Under the pieces are notes generated by a model. That model searched no databases. It had not been told where the DNA came from and was given only the letters and a program-made list of their open reading frames with translations. Shown in pieces: positions 21,284 through 32,762 of a stretch of 64,000 nucleotides of DNA (position 1 is the stretch's first letter; every line of letters begins with the position of its first letter). The stretch is from NCBI GenBank assembly GCA_017853715.1, contig JAFMIZ010000001.1:14679-78678 (forward strand), in the 5' to 3' direction. This DNA comes from Pedosphaera sp. Its GTDB lineage: Bacteria; Verrucomicrobiota; Verrucomicrobiia; Limisphaerales; DSYF01. The translations under genes were made by a program, and so were the position numbers.

Positions 21284-23758
21284 ATGAGCAATTTCACTCC
21301 GCGTGCCCAGCAAGTCCTTGCCCTAGCACGAAAGGAAGCCGACCGCTTCAACCACAACTTCGTGGGCACCGAGCATTTATTGCTGGGCCTCATCAAGTTG
21401 GGCCAGGGCGTCGCCGTCAACGTCCTGCAGAAAATGGGCCTCGACCTTGAGACCGTCCGGATGGAAGTCGAGAAGCAGGTGGGCACCGGCCCCGACCAGA
21501 AGGTCATGGGCAACATCCCCTACACGCCCCGCGTGAAGAAGGTGCTCGCCCTGGCCCAACGCGAAGCCAAGGCGCTCAACCACACCTACGTCGGCACCGA
21601 ACACATCTTGCTCGGCCTGCTCCGCGAGGGTGACGGTGTAGCCGCCCGCGTGCTCAAGAGCCTCGACGTGGACATCGAACTTTGCCGTCAGGAGATCCTG
21701 AAAGAACTCGACCCCAATTTCGCCGCGCAGGAAGAACAAGAGCCCTCCGAAAAACCTGCTGCAGGGGAGAAAAAAGGCGACACCAAGACGCCCGCGCTCA
21801 AAGCCTTTGGCCGTGACCTCACCGAGATCGCTCGGAAGGCCGAAATGGACCCCGTCATCGGGCGCAAGAACGAGATCGAGCGCGTCATCCAAATCCTCTG
21901 CCGCCGCACCAAGAACAACCCCGTGTTGCTCGGTGAAGCTGGCGTCGGCAAGACCGCCATCGTCGAAGGCCTCGCCCAGGAAATCGCGCAAGGCAACGTA
22001 CCGGAGATCCTCCGCGACAAGCGCGTGATCACCTTGGACCTCGCCCTGATGGTTGCCGGCACCAAGTATCGCGGCCAATTCGAGGAACGCATCAAGGCCG
22101 TGATGGACGAAATCCGTCGCGCCAAGAACGTCATTCTCTTCATCGATGAACTGCACACCATCGTGGGTGCTGGTTCTGCGGAAGGCACCATGGACGCCTC
22201 GAACATCATCAAGCCCGCACTCAGCCGCGGCGAGATGCAGTGCGTTGGCGCGACCACCCTCAACGAGTATCGCAAATACATCGAGAAAGATGCCGCCCTG
22301 GAACGACGTTTCCAATCGGTGAAAGTGGAGCCGCCGTCGATCGACGAGGCGATTCTGATCTTGAAGGGTCTTGCCCCCAAATATGAGGACCATCACAAGG
22401 TGGACTTCACCAGCGAGGCCATTGAATCGGCTGTGAAACTTTCTGACCGTTACATCACCGATCGCTACCTCCCGGATAAGGCCATAGACCTCATGGACGA
22501 GGCTGGTTCCCGCGCGCGCATCAGCACGATGACCCGCCCGCCGGAGATGAAGGCATTGGAATTGGACATCGAGGAGACCAAGGTCAAGAAAGAGCAGGCC
22601 ATCAAGAGCCAGGACTTTGAAGGTGCCGCCGCCATGCGCGACAAAGAGAAGCAGGCGAAGGACAAGCTGGAAAAGGTTCTTGCCGAGTGGCGCAGCAATC
22701 GCGAGGAGAAGCGCGTCGTCGTCAACGAAGACGACATCCTGACGGTCGTTTCCAAGTGGACCGGCATCCCACTCAAGCGCATGGAGCGCGACGAGGCCCA
22801 ACGCCTACTGGCCATCGAAGAGGAGATGGCGAAAGTCGTCATCGGCCAGCGCGAGGCCGTTTCAAAACTTTGCAAAGCGCTGCGCCGCTCCCGCGCGGAC
22901 CTCAAGGATCCCAAGCGTCCCATCGGCACGTTTGCGTTGCTCGGGCCGACTGGCGTGGGCAAAACCCTCCTCGCGAAGACCCTCGCGGAACAGATGTTCG
23001 GGGATGCCAAGGCTCTTATCCAACTCGACATGAGCGAATACATGGAGAAGTTCAACGTCTCCCGCTTGGTCGGTTCACCTCCCGGCTATGTCGGCTACGA
23101 GGAAGGCGGGCAGTTGACCGAAGCCGTCCGCCGCCGCCCCTACTCCGTCGTGCTGTTCGACGAAATCGAGAAGGCGCACCCCGACGTGTGGAACATGCTC
23201 CTGCAAATCCTAGAGGAGGGCAAACTCACGGACAGTGTTGGCCGCGTGGTCAGCTTCCGCAATACGATCATCCTGTTGACTTCCAATGTTGGCTCTGGCG
23301 ACGGTCGCCGGACGACAGCCATGGGATTTGGCACGGCCAGTGATGAGCAGACGAACGATAAGTCCCGCGAGGACATTCTCGAGTCGGCCAAGAAAACGTT
23401 CCGCCCGGAATTCCTCAACCGCCTCGACGACATCGTGGTCTTCCGTTCGCTGACCAAGCCCGACTTGGTGGAGATTCTAGAACTCGAAGTGGCCAAGGTG
23501 GTGCAGCGTCTCAAGCACAAGCGCCTCACGCTCAAGCTCACCGAGCAGGCAAAGGACTTCCTGGTCCAACACGGTTTCGATCCGCAATACGGTGCGCGCC
23601 CCATGCGCCGCTCCGTGGAGCGTTATCTCGAAGATCCGCTGGCGGAGGAACTCCTGCGGGGTCACCTGCATGAAGGGGAACCCATCGTGGTCACACCCGA
23701 AGGCGACAAACTCACCTTCTCTCAAAACCAAGCCGCCGAAGGCGCGCTGTCAAGTTAG
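21284..23758 (+). CDS. clpC: ATP-dependent Clp protease ATPase subunit ClpC
   Basis: Two Clp_N repeats ([20 protein letters not shown]), Walker [10 protein letters not shown] and GPTGVGKTL, and a short UVR-like linker. Start ambiguous: ATG at 21284 ([12 protein letters not shown]) preferred; 21269 or the TTG at 21257 are possible. Confidence 0.93.
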   Translation: MSNFTPRAQQVLALARKEADRFNHNFVGTEHLLLGLIKLGQGVAVNVLQKMGLDLETVRMEVEKQVGTGPDQKVMGNIPYTPRVKKVLALAQREAKALNHTYVGTEHILLGLLREGDGVAARVLKSLDVDIELCRQEILKELDPNFAAQEEQEPSEKPAAGEKKGDTKTPALKAFGRDLTEIARKAEMDPVIGRKNEIERVIQILCRRTKNNPVLLGEAGVGKTAIVEGLAQEIAQGNVPEILRDKRVITLDLALMVAGTKYRGQFEERIKAVMDEIRRAKNVILFIDELHTIVGAGSAEGTMDASNIIKPALSRGEMQCVGATTLNEYRKYIEKDAALERRFQSVKVEPPSIDEAILILKGLAPKYEDHHKVDFTSEAIESAVKLSDRYITDRYLPDKAIDLMDEAGSRARISTMTRPPEMKALELDIEETKVKKEQAIKSQDFEGAAAMRDKEKQAKDKLEKVLAEWRSNREEKRVVVNEDDILTVVSKWTGIPLKRMERDEAQRLLAIEEEMAKVVIGQREAVSKLCKALRRSRADLKDPKRPIGTFALLGPTGVGKTLLAKTLAEQMFGDAKALIQLDMSEYMEKFNVSRLVGSPPGYVGYEEGGQLTEAVRRRPYSVVLFDEIEKAHPDVWNMLLQILEEGKLTDSVGRVVSFRNTIILLTSNVGSGDGRRTTAMGFGTASDEQTNDKSREDILESAKKTFRPEFLNRLDDIVVFRSLTKPDLVEILELEVAKVVQRLKHKRLTLKLTEQAKDFLVQHGFDPQYGARPMRRSVERYLEDPLAEELLRGHLHEGEPIVVTPEGDKLTFSQNQAAEGALSS

Positions 23759-23876
23759 CACCGATTTGGAATTACCAAGCGCCGGGCAGCACCCCGACGC
23801 TTTCCATTTTTGCGCTGGCAGCGAGCGTTTGAAGTTTTCCGCTTGGGCGATTGGTTGGCTTCGTTATCTTGCCCGC

Positions 23877-24758
23877 GTGCGTTGGAACAAAGTCAGCATC
23901 ATCGGTGTAGGCTTGTTGGGCGGGTCGCTCGGTCAGGCGCTCATTGCGCGCGGACTTGCCAGGCAGGTCGTCGGTTGTGTGCGCCGCAAGGCCACCCTTA
24001 CCCAAGCCAAACGTGCCCGCGCCGTGCATACCGCGACGTTGGACTTCGCAGCAGGCGTCGCCGAAGCCGACCTCATTGTCCTATGCACCCCGATCGCCCA
24101 GATGCGGCACACGCTTCAACAGCTGCTGCCGCACCTGAAGGAAGGCGCCATAGTCACTGACGTGGGCAGCGTCAAAAGCTCCGTCGTTCACGAGCTGGAA
24201 ATCCTGGCCGCTGAAGCAGGCGCACATTTCGTGGGCAGCCATCCCATGGCTGGCTCGGATAAAATGGGCGTCAAAGCCGCACGGCCGAGCCTCTATGAAG
24301 GTGCCGTTTGCGTGGTGACCCCGACAAAGCGGACGAATCGCAGGGCCGCCCGCGCCGTAGAGCAGGTTTGGAAATCGGTGGGAGCTCGCACTATCAGGCT
24401 TTCTCCCGAAGCACATGACCAGTTGGTCGCTCGTTCCAGTCATTTGCCACACTTGCTTGCGGCGCTGCTGGTGAACCACACGCTCGGAAAGGGCATCGCC
24501 AGGCAGCCGCTGCTCTGCGCCACCGGTTTCCGTGACACTACGCGCATCGCCTCCGGCTCGCCGGAGATGTGGCGCGACATCGCCATAGCCAACCGGGCGA
24601 ATCTAGCCCGCACGTTGGGAGAATTTACCCGGGAGTTGCGCGCGCTCCAGAAGCTCATTCAGCAAGGTAACGAACAGGCGCTCACGAAATTCTTCGAACA
24701 GGCCAAGGCACTGCGTGATGGCTGGTGCAACAAGGCGGGCTACGCCTCGCCGGAATAA
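23877..24758 (+). CDS. tyrA: Prephenate (arogenate) dehydrogenase
   Basis: Rossmann motif VSIIGVGLLGGSLG and the block GSHPMAGS. The ORF-track start at 23592 overlaps clpC. I propose the GTG at 23877, but the start is uncertain. Confidence 0.8.
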   Translation: MRWNKVSIIGVGLLGGSLGQALIARGLARQVVGCVRRKATLTQAKRARAVHTATLDFAAGVAEADLIVLCTPIAQMRHTLQQLLPHLKEGAIVTDVGSVKSSVVHELEILAAEAGAHFVGSHPMAGSDKMGVKAARPSLYEGAVCVVTPTKRTNRRAARAVEQVWKSVGARTIRLSPEAHDQLVARSSHLPHLLAALLVNHTLGKGIARQPLLCATGFRDTTRIASGSPEMWRDIAIANRANLARTLGEFTRELRALQKLIQQGNEQALTKFFEQAKALRDGWCNKAGYASPE

Positions 24759-24764
24759 CCTGCC

Positions 24765-26024
24765 ATGGCGTTACCCGACTTGATCGAAATCGTCCCGCTG
24801 ACTGGCCCGGTGCATGCCGAGATCACCGTGCCCGGATCCAAGAGCATCACCAATCGCGCTCTGATTTTAGCTGCGTTGGCCAAGGGAGAGACAACTCTCC
24901 GCGGGGCATTGTGGAGCGAGGACACCGAAGTCATGACCGCCGCCCTCCGCGACCTCGGATTCGAAATCGCCGTCAAAGCCGACCCACAAGAGGCCTGCAA
25001 CCGAACCATCCATGTTCGCAGCCCGGGTGGAAAGATTCCGCGCGGGGGCACAGCCCACAAGCCACTCGACCTATTCGTCGGCAACGCGGGCACCGCTGCG
25101 CGATTCCTCGCGGCAATGGTCTGCCTGAGCGACGGCGTGTATCGCTTGCACGGGGTCCCACGCATGCACGAACGCCCGCAAGCCGCGCTCTTCGCTGCGC
25201 TGAGAGAGCTGGGCTACCGCATTGATTCACCCAACAACAAACTGCCCGCCGTCATTCACGGGCAAATGCAAAACGCAGAACACGAAACACGGCATTGCAA
25301 GGTTTGCGTCTCGGAGAGTTCGCAGTTTGCCTCGGCGCTGCTACTTGGCGCAGAACTCGGTGGCTGGGCCATTGAAGTCACCGGCGCCAACGCGGACGAG
25401 CTGCCCTACGTCGAGATGACTCGCGAGCTGATCAAGGTGTTTCCCAGGTTTGGTGGTGAATTCCAGATTGAGCCGGATGCGTCGAGCGGGAGTTACTTTT
25501 GGGCGGCTGGCCTGCCTGTTTCCAATTGGCCGACCTCAGGCTGGCAGATTGACGCTCATTTCCCAAAGTTTCTGGTGCTGCCGGAACAGGTTTCACGCGA
25601 ACGTGATTTGGGCGACAGCATCATGACTGCGATCACCGTCGCATCATTTGCCAACCACCCGATTCAATTCACCGGCCTTGGTCGTCTTCGCGTGCAAGAG
25701 TGCGAACGCGTCGTCGCGTTGCGCACTGAACTCACCCGGTGCGGAGCGAAGGTGGCAGAACAGGGCGACACGCTGACAATCCATCCCTCACCGTTGCACG
25801 GTGCGGAGATTGAGACCTACAACGACCATCGTATGGCGATGTGCTTTGCCGTTTTGGGCCTCAAGGTGCCGGGCATCCAGTTGCGCAAACCGTCCTGCGT
25901 AAAGAAGACGTTCCCCAACTTTTTCCAAAAACTGGCCGCCGCACCGCCCCACGGCCTCGGAGCGACTATTCTCGACGCCAGCACCCGGGAGCCGATCGAA
26001 CACCACGATTTGTTCGCGGGTTAA
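24765..26024 (+). CDS. aroA: 3-phosphoshikimate 1-carboxyvinyltransferase (EPSP synthase)
   Basis: VPGSKSITNRALILAALA, LFVGNAGTAARFL, NDHRMAM. 419 aa. Confidence 0.93.
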   Translation: MALPDLIEIVPLTGPVHAEITVPGSKSITNRALILAALAKGETTLRGALWSEDTEVMTAALRDLGFEIAVKADPQEACNRTIHVRSPGGKIPRGGTAHKPLDLFVGNAGTAARFLAAMVCLSDGVYRLHGVPRMHERPQAALFAALRELGYRIDSPNNKLPAVIHGQMQNAEHETRHCKVCVSESSQFASALLLGAELGGWAIEVTGANADELPYVEMTRELIKVFPRFGGEFQIEPDASSGSYFWAAGLPVSNWPTSGWQIDAHFPKFLVLPEQVSRERDLGDSIMTAITVASFANHPIQFTGLGRLRVQECERVVALRTELTRCGAKVAEQGDTLTIHPSPLHGAEIETYNDHRMAMCFAVLGLKVPGIQLRKPSCVKKTFPNFFQKLAAAPPHGLGATILDASTREPIEHHDLFAG

Positions 26025-26106
26025 CCCTTGAAATTCCATTTTCTCAAGCTCGCATTGCAGCGGAGGAATCCCTAGATTCTGACGAGTCGAAACGACCGAA
26101 CCGACC

Positions 26107-26784
26107 GTGGAACCCAATACCAGCACATCTCCAATCGTCATTGCCATGGATGGCACCAGCGCCAGCGGCAAAAGCACCAACGCCAAGCTGATAGCCAAGA
26201 CGTTGGACTACGTTTACGTGGATACCGGCGCCATGTATCGCACCTTGGCGTGGTATTGCCTCAAGCAAAACGTGGACGTTAACAACCCCAAGGCCGTCGC
26301 CACAGCCTGTCGCAAGTGGAAGACCCTGCTCATCTGCAACGACGGCGACATCAAGGCCGTCCGCCTGCTCGTGGATAATCATTATCCCGAAAAAGAAATA
26401 AGGACCAAGGAAACTGCCGCCGCCGTGCCCCACGTCGCCGCCGTGCCGAAGGTGCGCGATTGGATGAAGAAAAAGCAACGCGAGTGCATCCAGTTCGGCA
26501 ACCTCGTCATGGAAGGCCGCGACATCGGCACGAACGTTTTCCCAGAGACGGACTTCAAGTTTTACCTGGACGCCCATCTGGAGGAACGCACCAAACGTCG
26601 CCAGGCCGATGGCGTGCAGGAAGATCTCGCTGCCCGCGACCAACGCGACAGCCAACGTGCCGCCGCACCGCTGATGATTGCCCTCGGTGCGCGCATCATC
26701 AACAACTCGGGTGAAACCCCCCAGCAAACCAGCGAACGCATCATTGGCATGGTGCGCGAGATCATGACGTCAGCCCGGCGGTGA
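26107..26784 (+). CDS. cmk: Cytidylate kinase
   Basis: P-loop IAMDGTSASGKST and the DTGAMYR block. GTG start as in the ORF track. Confidence 0.88.
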   Translation: MEPNTSTSPIVIAMDGTSASGKSTNAKLIAKTLDYVYVDTGAMYRTLAWYCLKQNVDVNNPKAVATACRKWKTLLICNDGDIKAVRLLVDNHYPEKEIRTKETAAAVPHVAAVPKVRDWMKKKQRECIQFGNLVMEGRDIGTNVFPETDFKFYLDAHLEERTKRRQADGVQEDLAARDQRDSQRAAAPLMIALGARIINNSGETPQQTSERIIGMVREIMTSARR

Positions 26785-26788
26785 GCGA

Positions 26789-27442
26789 ATGAACTTCTCC
26801 TACTTCATAGGCTGGAGTTTGTTTCGAATCATTTACGCAATCTATTTCCGGTGGCGCGTGTTCCATCCCGAGCGCGTGCCGAAGACCGGTCCTGTCATTC
26901 TGGCGTCCAATCACCTCAGCTTCCTTGACCCGCCGCTGGTCGGATCTGGCTTGGACCGCGGCATCAACTATCTCGCCCGCAAGACCCTGTTCCGTTATCC
27001 GGGTATAGGCGCGCTGCTGCGCTCTTGGAACGCAGTGCCTGTGGACCGCGACGGCGGCAGCGCGGCAGGATTGAAAGAAATCCTCGACCGCCTGAAACGC
27101 GGCGGCGCCATCATCATGTTTCCGGAAGGCACGCGCTCCAGCAACGGACAGCTGCAACCCGGCCGCTCCGGCATCGGCTTGGCCATCATCAAGTCGGATG
27201 CCCCCGTGATTCCCGTGCGCGTCTTCGGCACGTTCGAAGCCTACGGCAAAGGCGTGAAACTCCCCCGTCCTCACCGCGTGCAGGTGAAGTATGGCCAGCC
27301 CATGTATTTCTCCAAGCTGCGCGACGAGGCCAAAACCTGCTCCAAGGATAGACTGAAGGAAATCTATCAGGAAGTGGCCAACGACCTGATGGCTGAAATC
27401 GCCAAACTGCAACCTTGTTGGGACAAGGCGCAATTTCCCTGA
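26789..27442 (+). CDS. plsC: 1-acyl-sn-glycerol-3-phosphate acyltransferase
   Basis: Acyltransferase motifs NHLSFLD (HX4D) and FPEGTRS. 217 aa. Confidence 0.88.
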   Translation: MNFSYFIGWSLFRIIYAIYFRWRVFHPERVPKTGPVILASNHLSFLDPPLVGSGLDRGINYLARKTLFRYPGIGALLRSWNAVPVDRDGGSAAGLKEILDRLKRGGAIIMFPEGTRSSNGQLQPGRSGIGLAIIKSDAPVIPVRVFGTFEAYGKGVKLPRPHRVQVKYGQPMYFSKLRDEAKTCSKDRLKEIYQEVANDLMAEIAKLQPCWDKAQFP

Positions 27443-27532
27443 GAACGCAATGGCGGGTTTTGCATGACGGTATCATCGTGGCGAAAAGGCCCACCATCGA
27501 ATTGACGGCCAATTGTTCGCCAAAGGCTGATC

Positions 27533-29409
27533 ATGCTAAATCCCGCTCACACCTCCCGAACCCTGCTGCGCCCGCTGGCCGCGCGTTTTCCCAACGTTGA
27601 CGCGGCATGGCTGAGATCGTCTGCATCACCGCTGTTTCAACGCTGCCCAAGAGAATAATTCACGTCATTAGCGACATCCACGGCGAGGACCAGTAATTGC
27701 GCCATATGATCAACAACGCATCCGGTTCCTTGCGTCCGCTCGTCCAGAAAATGTTTTCGGACAAGATGCAAGATTTCCTCATTCTGATCTTTTATCCACC
27801 TGAAGTCACGCGACGGTTGGATCGGGAAACCCGCAGGGAAAATCAGATGCAGCCCTATGCCGCGAGCACGCTGACCAACATCTTCAGCCTCACCCGCGTA
27901 CTGTCGACCCGCTACAGCCTAAAACGGGCGTTCACCGTCTTTCCTGCTGAATATCGCGAGCTGCTTTCCGAAATGTTGCAGGTCCCCACCAACGGACGGC
28001 AGAACGAGTTTCTCGTCACCATTGTCGAAGAACTCGTCCGCCGCGGACGCATCTGGTGGTTGATCCACATCACGGGCAGGCTGGCGTGCAATCTCGCCAT
28101 TTACGAATTGATCATCGCCGGTCACTGCTGGGATCGCGGCCCCGCGGTGACCGGGTGGTGGACTACATTCGTCAGCAGCCCAACGTGTTCTTCATTTGGG
28201 CAATCACGATGCCGCATGGCTGGGTGCTGCGCTCGGGCACGACGCGTTGATCTGCAACGTGCTGCGCGTGTCGTTACGCTATCGCCGCATGGCCCAGGTG
28301 GACGAACGCTACAGCATACCTTGGACGCCGTTGGAGCACCTGACCCGCGCCGCCTATGCCGACGATTCCGCCATGCATTTCATGCCCAAATCTTACGGCA
28401 TGCGCCCCAACGAAATTGTCGCCCGGATGCAAAAGGCGGCTGCAATCATGCAGTTCAAACTCAAAGGCCAGATGCTCGCGCGCCATCAGGAATGGCAGAT
28501 GGAGTATCGTCGCTTGCTGCACCGAATCGATCATGCCAAGGGCCGCATCGAGGTGGACAGCGTCAGCTATGAACTGCGCGACAAGTCGCTGCCCACCATC
28601 CACCCTGCCGCCCCTACCAATTGTCAGCGGAGGAGGAACTTTTTGCGGCGGTTGCGCGGCTCTTTTCTCAGCAACCAGAAGCTCAACGACCACATGCGCT
28701 ATCTGGTCGGGCACGGCTCCATGTATTTGATCCGGGACAACCACCTCATTTTCCACGGGTGCGTGCCCGTTGACGAGCTGGAGAAGCTGCTCGTATGCGT
28801 GGTCGAAAACCCGAGGGAAGATGACCTGGACGAGCTGTGGCATCTCTGGAGCGGCCCCTGCTCTCAGTTGTTTGGCAAAGACCGCATCGCAACTTTCGAG
28901 CGTGATTTCATCGCCGATAAAACACCGCATCATCAGACCAAAAACCCCTACTTCGCCCTGATCAATGAGGCGAATTTCTGCGACAAGGTCCTGGAAGAAT
29001 TCGGGGTGGAGGCGCAGGGACTCATTGTCAACGGGCATGTGCCCGTTAAAACGAAAAGGGAGAATCACCGCTGAAGCGCAGCAGAAAAGCGATCACCATT
29101 AATAGCGCCTTCTCGGAGGCTTACGGAGATCACGGCTACACGCTCGTGATGGAAGCGGACCGCACGTGCCTGGCTTTGCTCCATCACTTCGACTCCGTGG
29201 AGGCTGCCATCCGTGATGCCGTGGACATCATCCCAAGCGTCACCGACGTGCGCGTCTGGGATAAGCCACGACGAACCTCTGACACGGAAAGAGGCATGGA
29301 ACTCCGCACGCGAATCAAATTGCTTGAACGTCTGATCGAGGCCTACCTGAGCAACGATCTGCGTCGAGACGCGCCGGACGAAAATTGGCGTCCGGATTCA
29401 TTGCCTTGA
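27533..29409 (+). pseudogene. fbp: Decayed class 3 (Firmicute-type Fbp) fructose-1,6-bisphosphatase
   Basis: Homologous along its whole length to class 3 FBPase, but it needs frames 2>1>3>2>1. There is an in-frame TAA at 27694-27696 inside HVISDIHGEDQ*LRH. One-nt losses occur in C/G runs near 28150 and 28198 (DRGP..., FIWGNHD). There is a further shift near 29080-29100. The metal-site block is degraded to GHCWDRGP. Confidence 0.85.
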
Positions 29410-29419
29410 CCGCAATCGG

Positions 29420-30586
29420 CTATCGCAATGCCATCTGCCGCGCCCAAGTGTCCGCCGCCAGAATCTGCTCCAAGGTCGGGTGCTCGACCACGGAATGCGC
29501 GTCCATTGTGAGCCGAACCGTTTCGGTGATTTGCGGGAAGTTGATCTTGCCGGTCACGAAGGCATCCACGGCCACTTCGTTGGCGGCGTTGAACACGGCG
29601 GGCATCGTGCCACACGCTTCTCCGGCCCTGCGCGCCAGCTCGATGGATGGAAAACGCTCTGAGTCCGGCTCCTCAAACGTCAATGAGCCGATCGCCGTGA
29701 AGTTGGTTTGCACCCGCTCACTCACCGCGCGCTCGGGATAGGTCAGCGCGTATTGAATCGGCAGGCACATGTCCGGCGTGGAAAGCTGGGCAATGAGAGA
29801 ACCATCCACAAACTCGACCATAGAATGCAGGATGCTCTGTGGATGGACCAGCACACCGACGCGCGCCATCTCGACGTCAAACAGCCAGCGCGCCTCGATC
29901 ATCTCGAGCCCTTTGTTGAAGAGCGTGGCCGAATCAATGGTGATCTTGCGACCCATCACCCACGAAGGATGCCTGAGAGCGCGTTCCACGGTGATTTCAC
30001 CGAAGCGTTCCTTGGGCCAGTCCGCTTTGCTGCGGAAGGGGCCACCGCTAGCGGTCAGCCAGAGCTTGCGCACCGACGCGGAGGGCTTGCCGTCGAGACA
30101 TTGAAAGATCGCCGAGTGCTCGCTATCCACCGCCAGCACTCGCACGCCATACTTGCGGGCTTCGCTCATCACAATCTCACCCGCCATGACGAGAATCTCC
30201 TTGGAGGCCACGGCAATGTCCTTGCCTGCACGGATCGCTGCCAGCGCGGGCTGCAGCCCCGCCGTGCCTACAATGGCAATCAGCACGATGTCAGCGGCGG
30301 GCATCGTGGCGAGCTTCAATAAGCCATCCTGGCCAGAATGAACCTCCACGGCAGTGCCCAAGGCATCTGCCAGCTCCTTTGCCCTGGCGGGATGGTTGAC
30401 GGAAATCATCGCTGGCTGAAACTTCCGCGTTTGCTCAAGCAGCAACTCGGCGTTACCCCCTGCCGCCAACCCAACGAGTCGGATCTTGTCGGGCAAATCC
30501 TCCGCCACCTTGACGGTGGAAGTACCGATAGAACCGGTGGAGCCAAGGACGACGACGTTTTTCATTTCAAGTTTGCGATTAGCCAT
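29420..30586 (-). CDS. dxr: 1-deoxy-D-xylulose 5-phosphate reductoisomerase
   Basis: VVVLGSTGSIGTST NADPH motif plus LAVDSEHSAIFQCL and NKGLE blocks. The start is either 30586 or the Met at 30565 (MKNVVVLG). Confidence 0.93.
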   Translation of the reverse strand: MANRKLEMKNVVVLGSTGSIGTSTVKVAEDLPDKIRLVGLAAGGNAELLLEQTRKFQPAMISVNHPARAKELADALGTAVEVHSGQDGLLKLATMPAADIVLIAIVGTAGLQPALAAIRAGKDIAVASKEILVMAGEIVMSEARKYGVRVLAVDSEHSAIFQCLDGKPSASVRKLWLTASGGPFRSKADWPKERFGEITVERALRHPSWVMGRKITIDSATLFNKGLEMIEARWLFDVEMARVGVLVHPQSILHSMVEFVDGSLIAQLSTPDMCLPIQYALTYPERAVSERVQTNFTAIGSLTFEEPDSERFPSIELARRAGEACGTMPAVFNAANEVAVDAFVTGKINFPQITETVRLTMDAHSVVEHPTLEQILAADTWARQMALR

Positions 30587-30598
30587 TCACGCCGCTGG

Positions 30599-31522
30599 TC
30601 AACTGGGCAGCACAAACCGCATGTAAAGATACATGAGCGGCGCATTGAACAGCAGACTATCAAGCAGATCCAGAATTCCACCGATGCCCGGGAACAGTCT
30701 GCCCGAGTCCTTGAGCCCAGCCTCACGTTTGAAGAGGGACTCGATTAAATCGCCCACCACCGCGCTCGCGCTGAGAATGACGCCGAGGATGACTGCGTGC
30801 AGCGTGCTCATGCCCGGCATATGAGATCCCGCCAAGTGAACAAAGATGACGCTCGCCACGGTGGAAACGACGATCGCGCCACCAAACCCCTCCCATGTCT
30901 TGCCGGGGCTGATGCGCGGAATCATTTTGTGCCTCCCGATCAACGACCCTACGGCATACGCCCCCATATCGCTGAACTTGGTCACCAGAATAAAATAGAG
31001 CACGAAGAATGTTCCGTCGCCGGCCGGCAGCAAGGGGAAATAGTTGATCTTCGTAATGAAGTTCAACAACCACGGCACATACATCAAACCGAACAATGTC
31101 GTGGAAATGGCCAGTATGCCGGCGGTGTTGCTCTTGGAAACGAATTGACGCACGCACAACCCCAGCACGAACAGGATGAGGAAACCCGTTTCAAAGTCAT
31201 TCGCGTCCGCAGGTGACTGGTGCAATCCCAGTCTGTCCGTGCAATGCAGGAAAGTGCCGACCATGAGAAGCACGCCGCCCGCAATGCCCCACCCTTTGAA
31301 GCAAACGAGGTCCCGCCTCCGCGCCATATCGTAGAATTCAATCAACCCCGCTGTCGCCAGCAGCACCATGATAGCGAGAAATACATAGTCGGAGATCAAC
31401 CGGTTGCCGGAGAAAAGTCCGCCCAGCACCACCGCCCATAGGAGCAGGGAACTGCCGAGTCGCCGGAAGAAAGTCTGCGACTTGCTCAGCGGCACTGGCG
31501 CGGAAACGGTTGCGTCTGGCAT
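30599..31522 (-). CDS. cdsA: Phosphatidate cytidylyltransferase
   Basis: Polytopic membrane protein with the CdsA signature SDMGAYAVGSLIGRHKMIPRISPGKTWEG. Confidence 0.9.
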   Translation of the reverse strand: MPDATVSAPVPLSKSQTFFRRLGSSLLLWAVVLGGLFSGNRLISDYVFLAIMVLLATAGLIEFYDMARRRDLVCFKGWGIAGGVLLMVGTFLHCTDRLGLHQSPADANDFETGFLILFVLGLCVRQFVSKSNTAGILAISTTLFGLMYVPWLLNFITKINYFPLLPAGDGTFFVLYFILVTKFSDMGAYAVGSLIGRHKMIPRISPGKTWEGFGGAIVVSTVASVIFVHLAGSHMPGMSTLHAVILGVILSASAVVGDLIESLFKREAGLKDSGRLFPGIGGILDLLDSLLFNAPLMYLYMRFVLPS

Positions 31523-31705
31523 CAGCGGAAGTGTGGAAAAACGTCCTGAGGGCGGCGAGAAGTTTTAGCTGCGAATTTCACAAATTCTCACCAATTGAAA
31601 CAAGGGGCATTCACGGCAATCAGCGAAATCAGCGCCACTCCCTTGGGGGGAATTTTGAACACCCGGCTGGCCTGTTTGTCTGTTTGCTGTTAACGTTTTG
31701 CATAC

Positions 31706-32695
<990 letters not shown>

Positions 32696-32762
32696 TGAAG
32701 CAGGCGTGAACAACCAAGGTGTGCGGCCGTAACAGGTCACACACACGTTCAAATCACAAACG

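Noticed and set aside
23592-23876. 5' extension of the prephenate dehydrogenase ORF overlapping the end of clpC.
   Set aside because: The overlap with clpC is in another frame, and the Rossmann fold starts at about 23890. An internal GTG start is more plausible, though it is unverified.
29409-29420. Very tight convergent junctions without terminators (fbp pseudogene/dxr, 10 nt apart; uppP/LysM gene at 58102-58105, 2 nt apart).
   Set aside because: No hairpin or other signal is visible in or around these junctions. This is probably just compact genome organisation.
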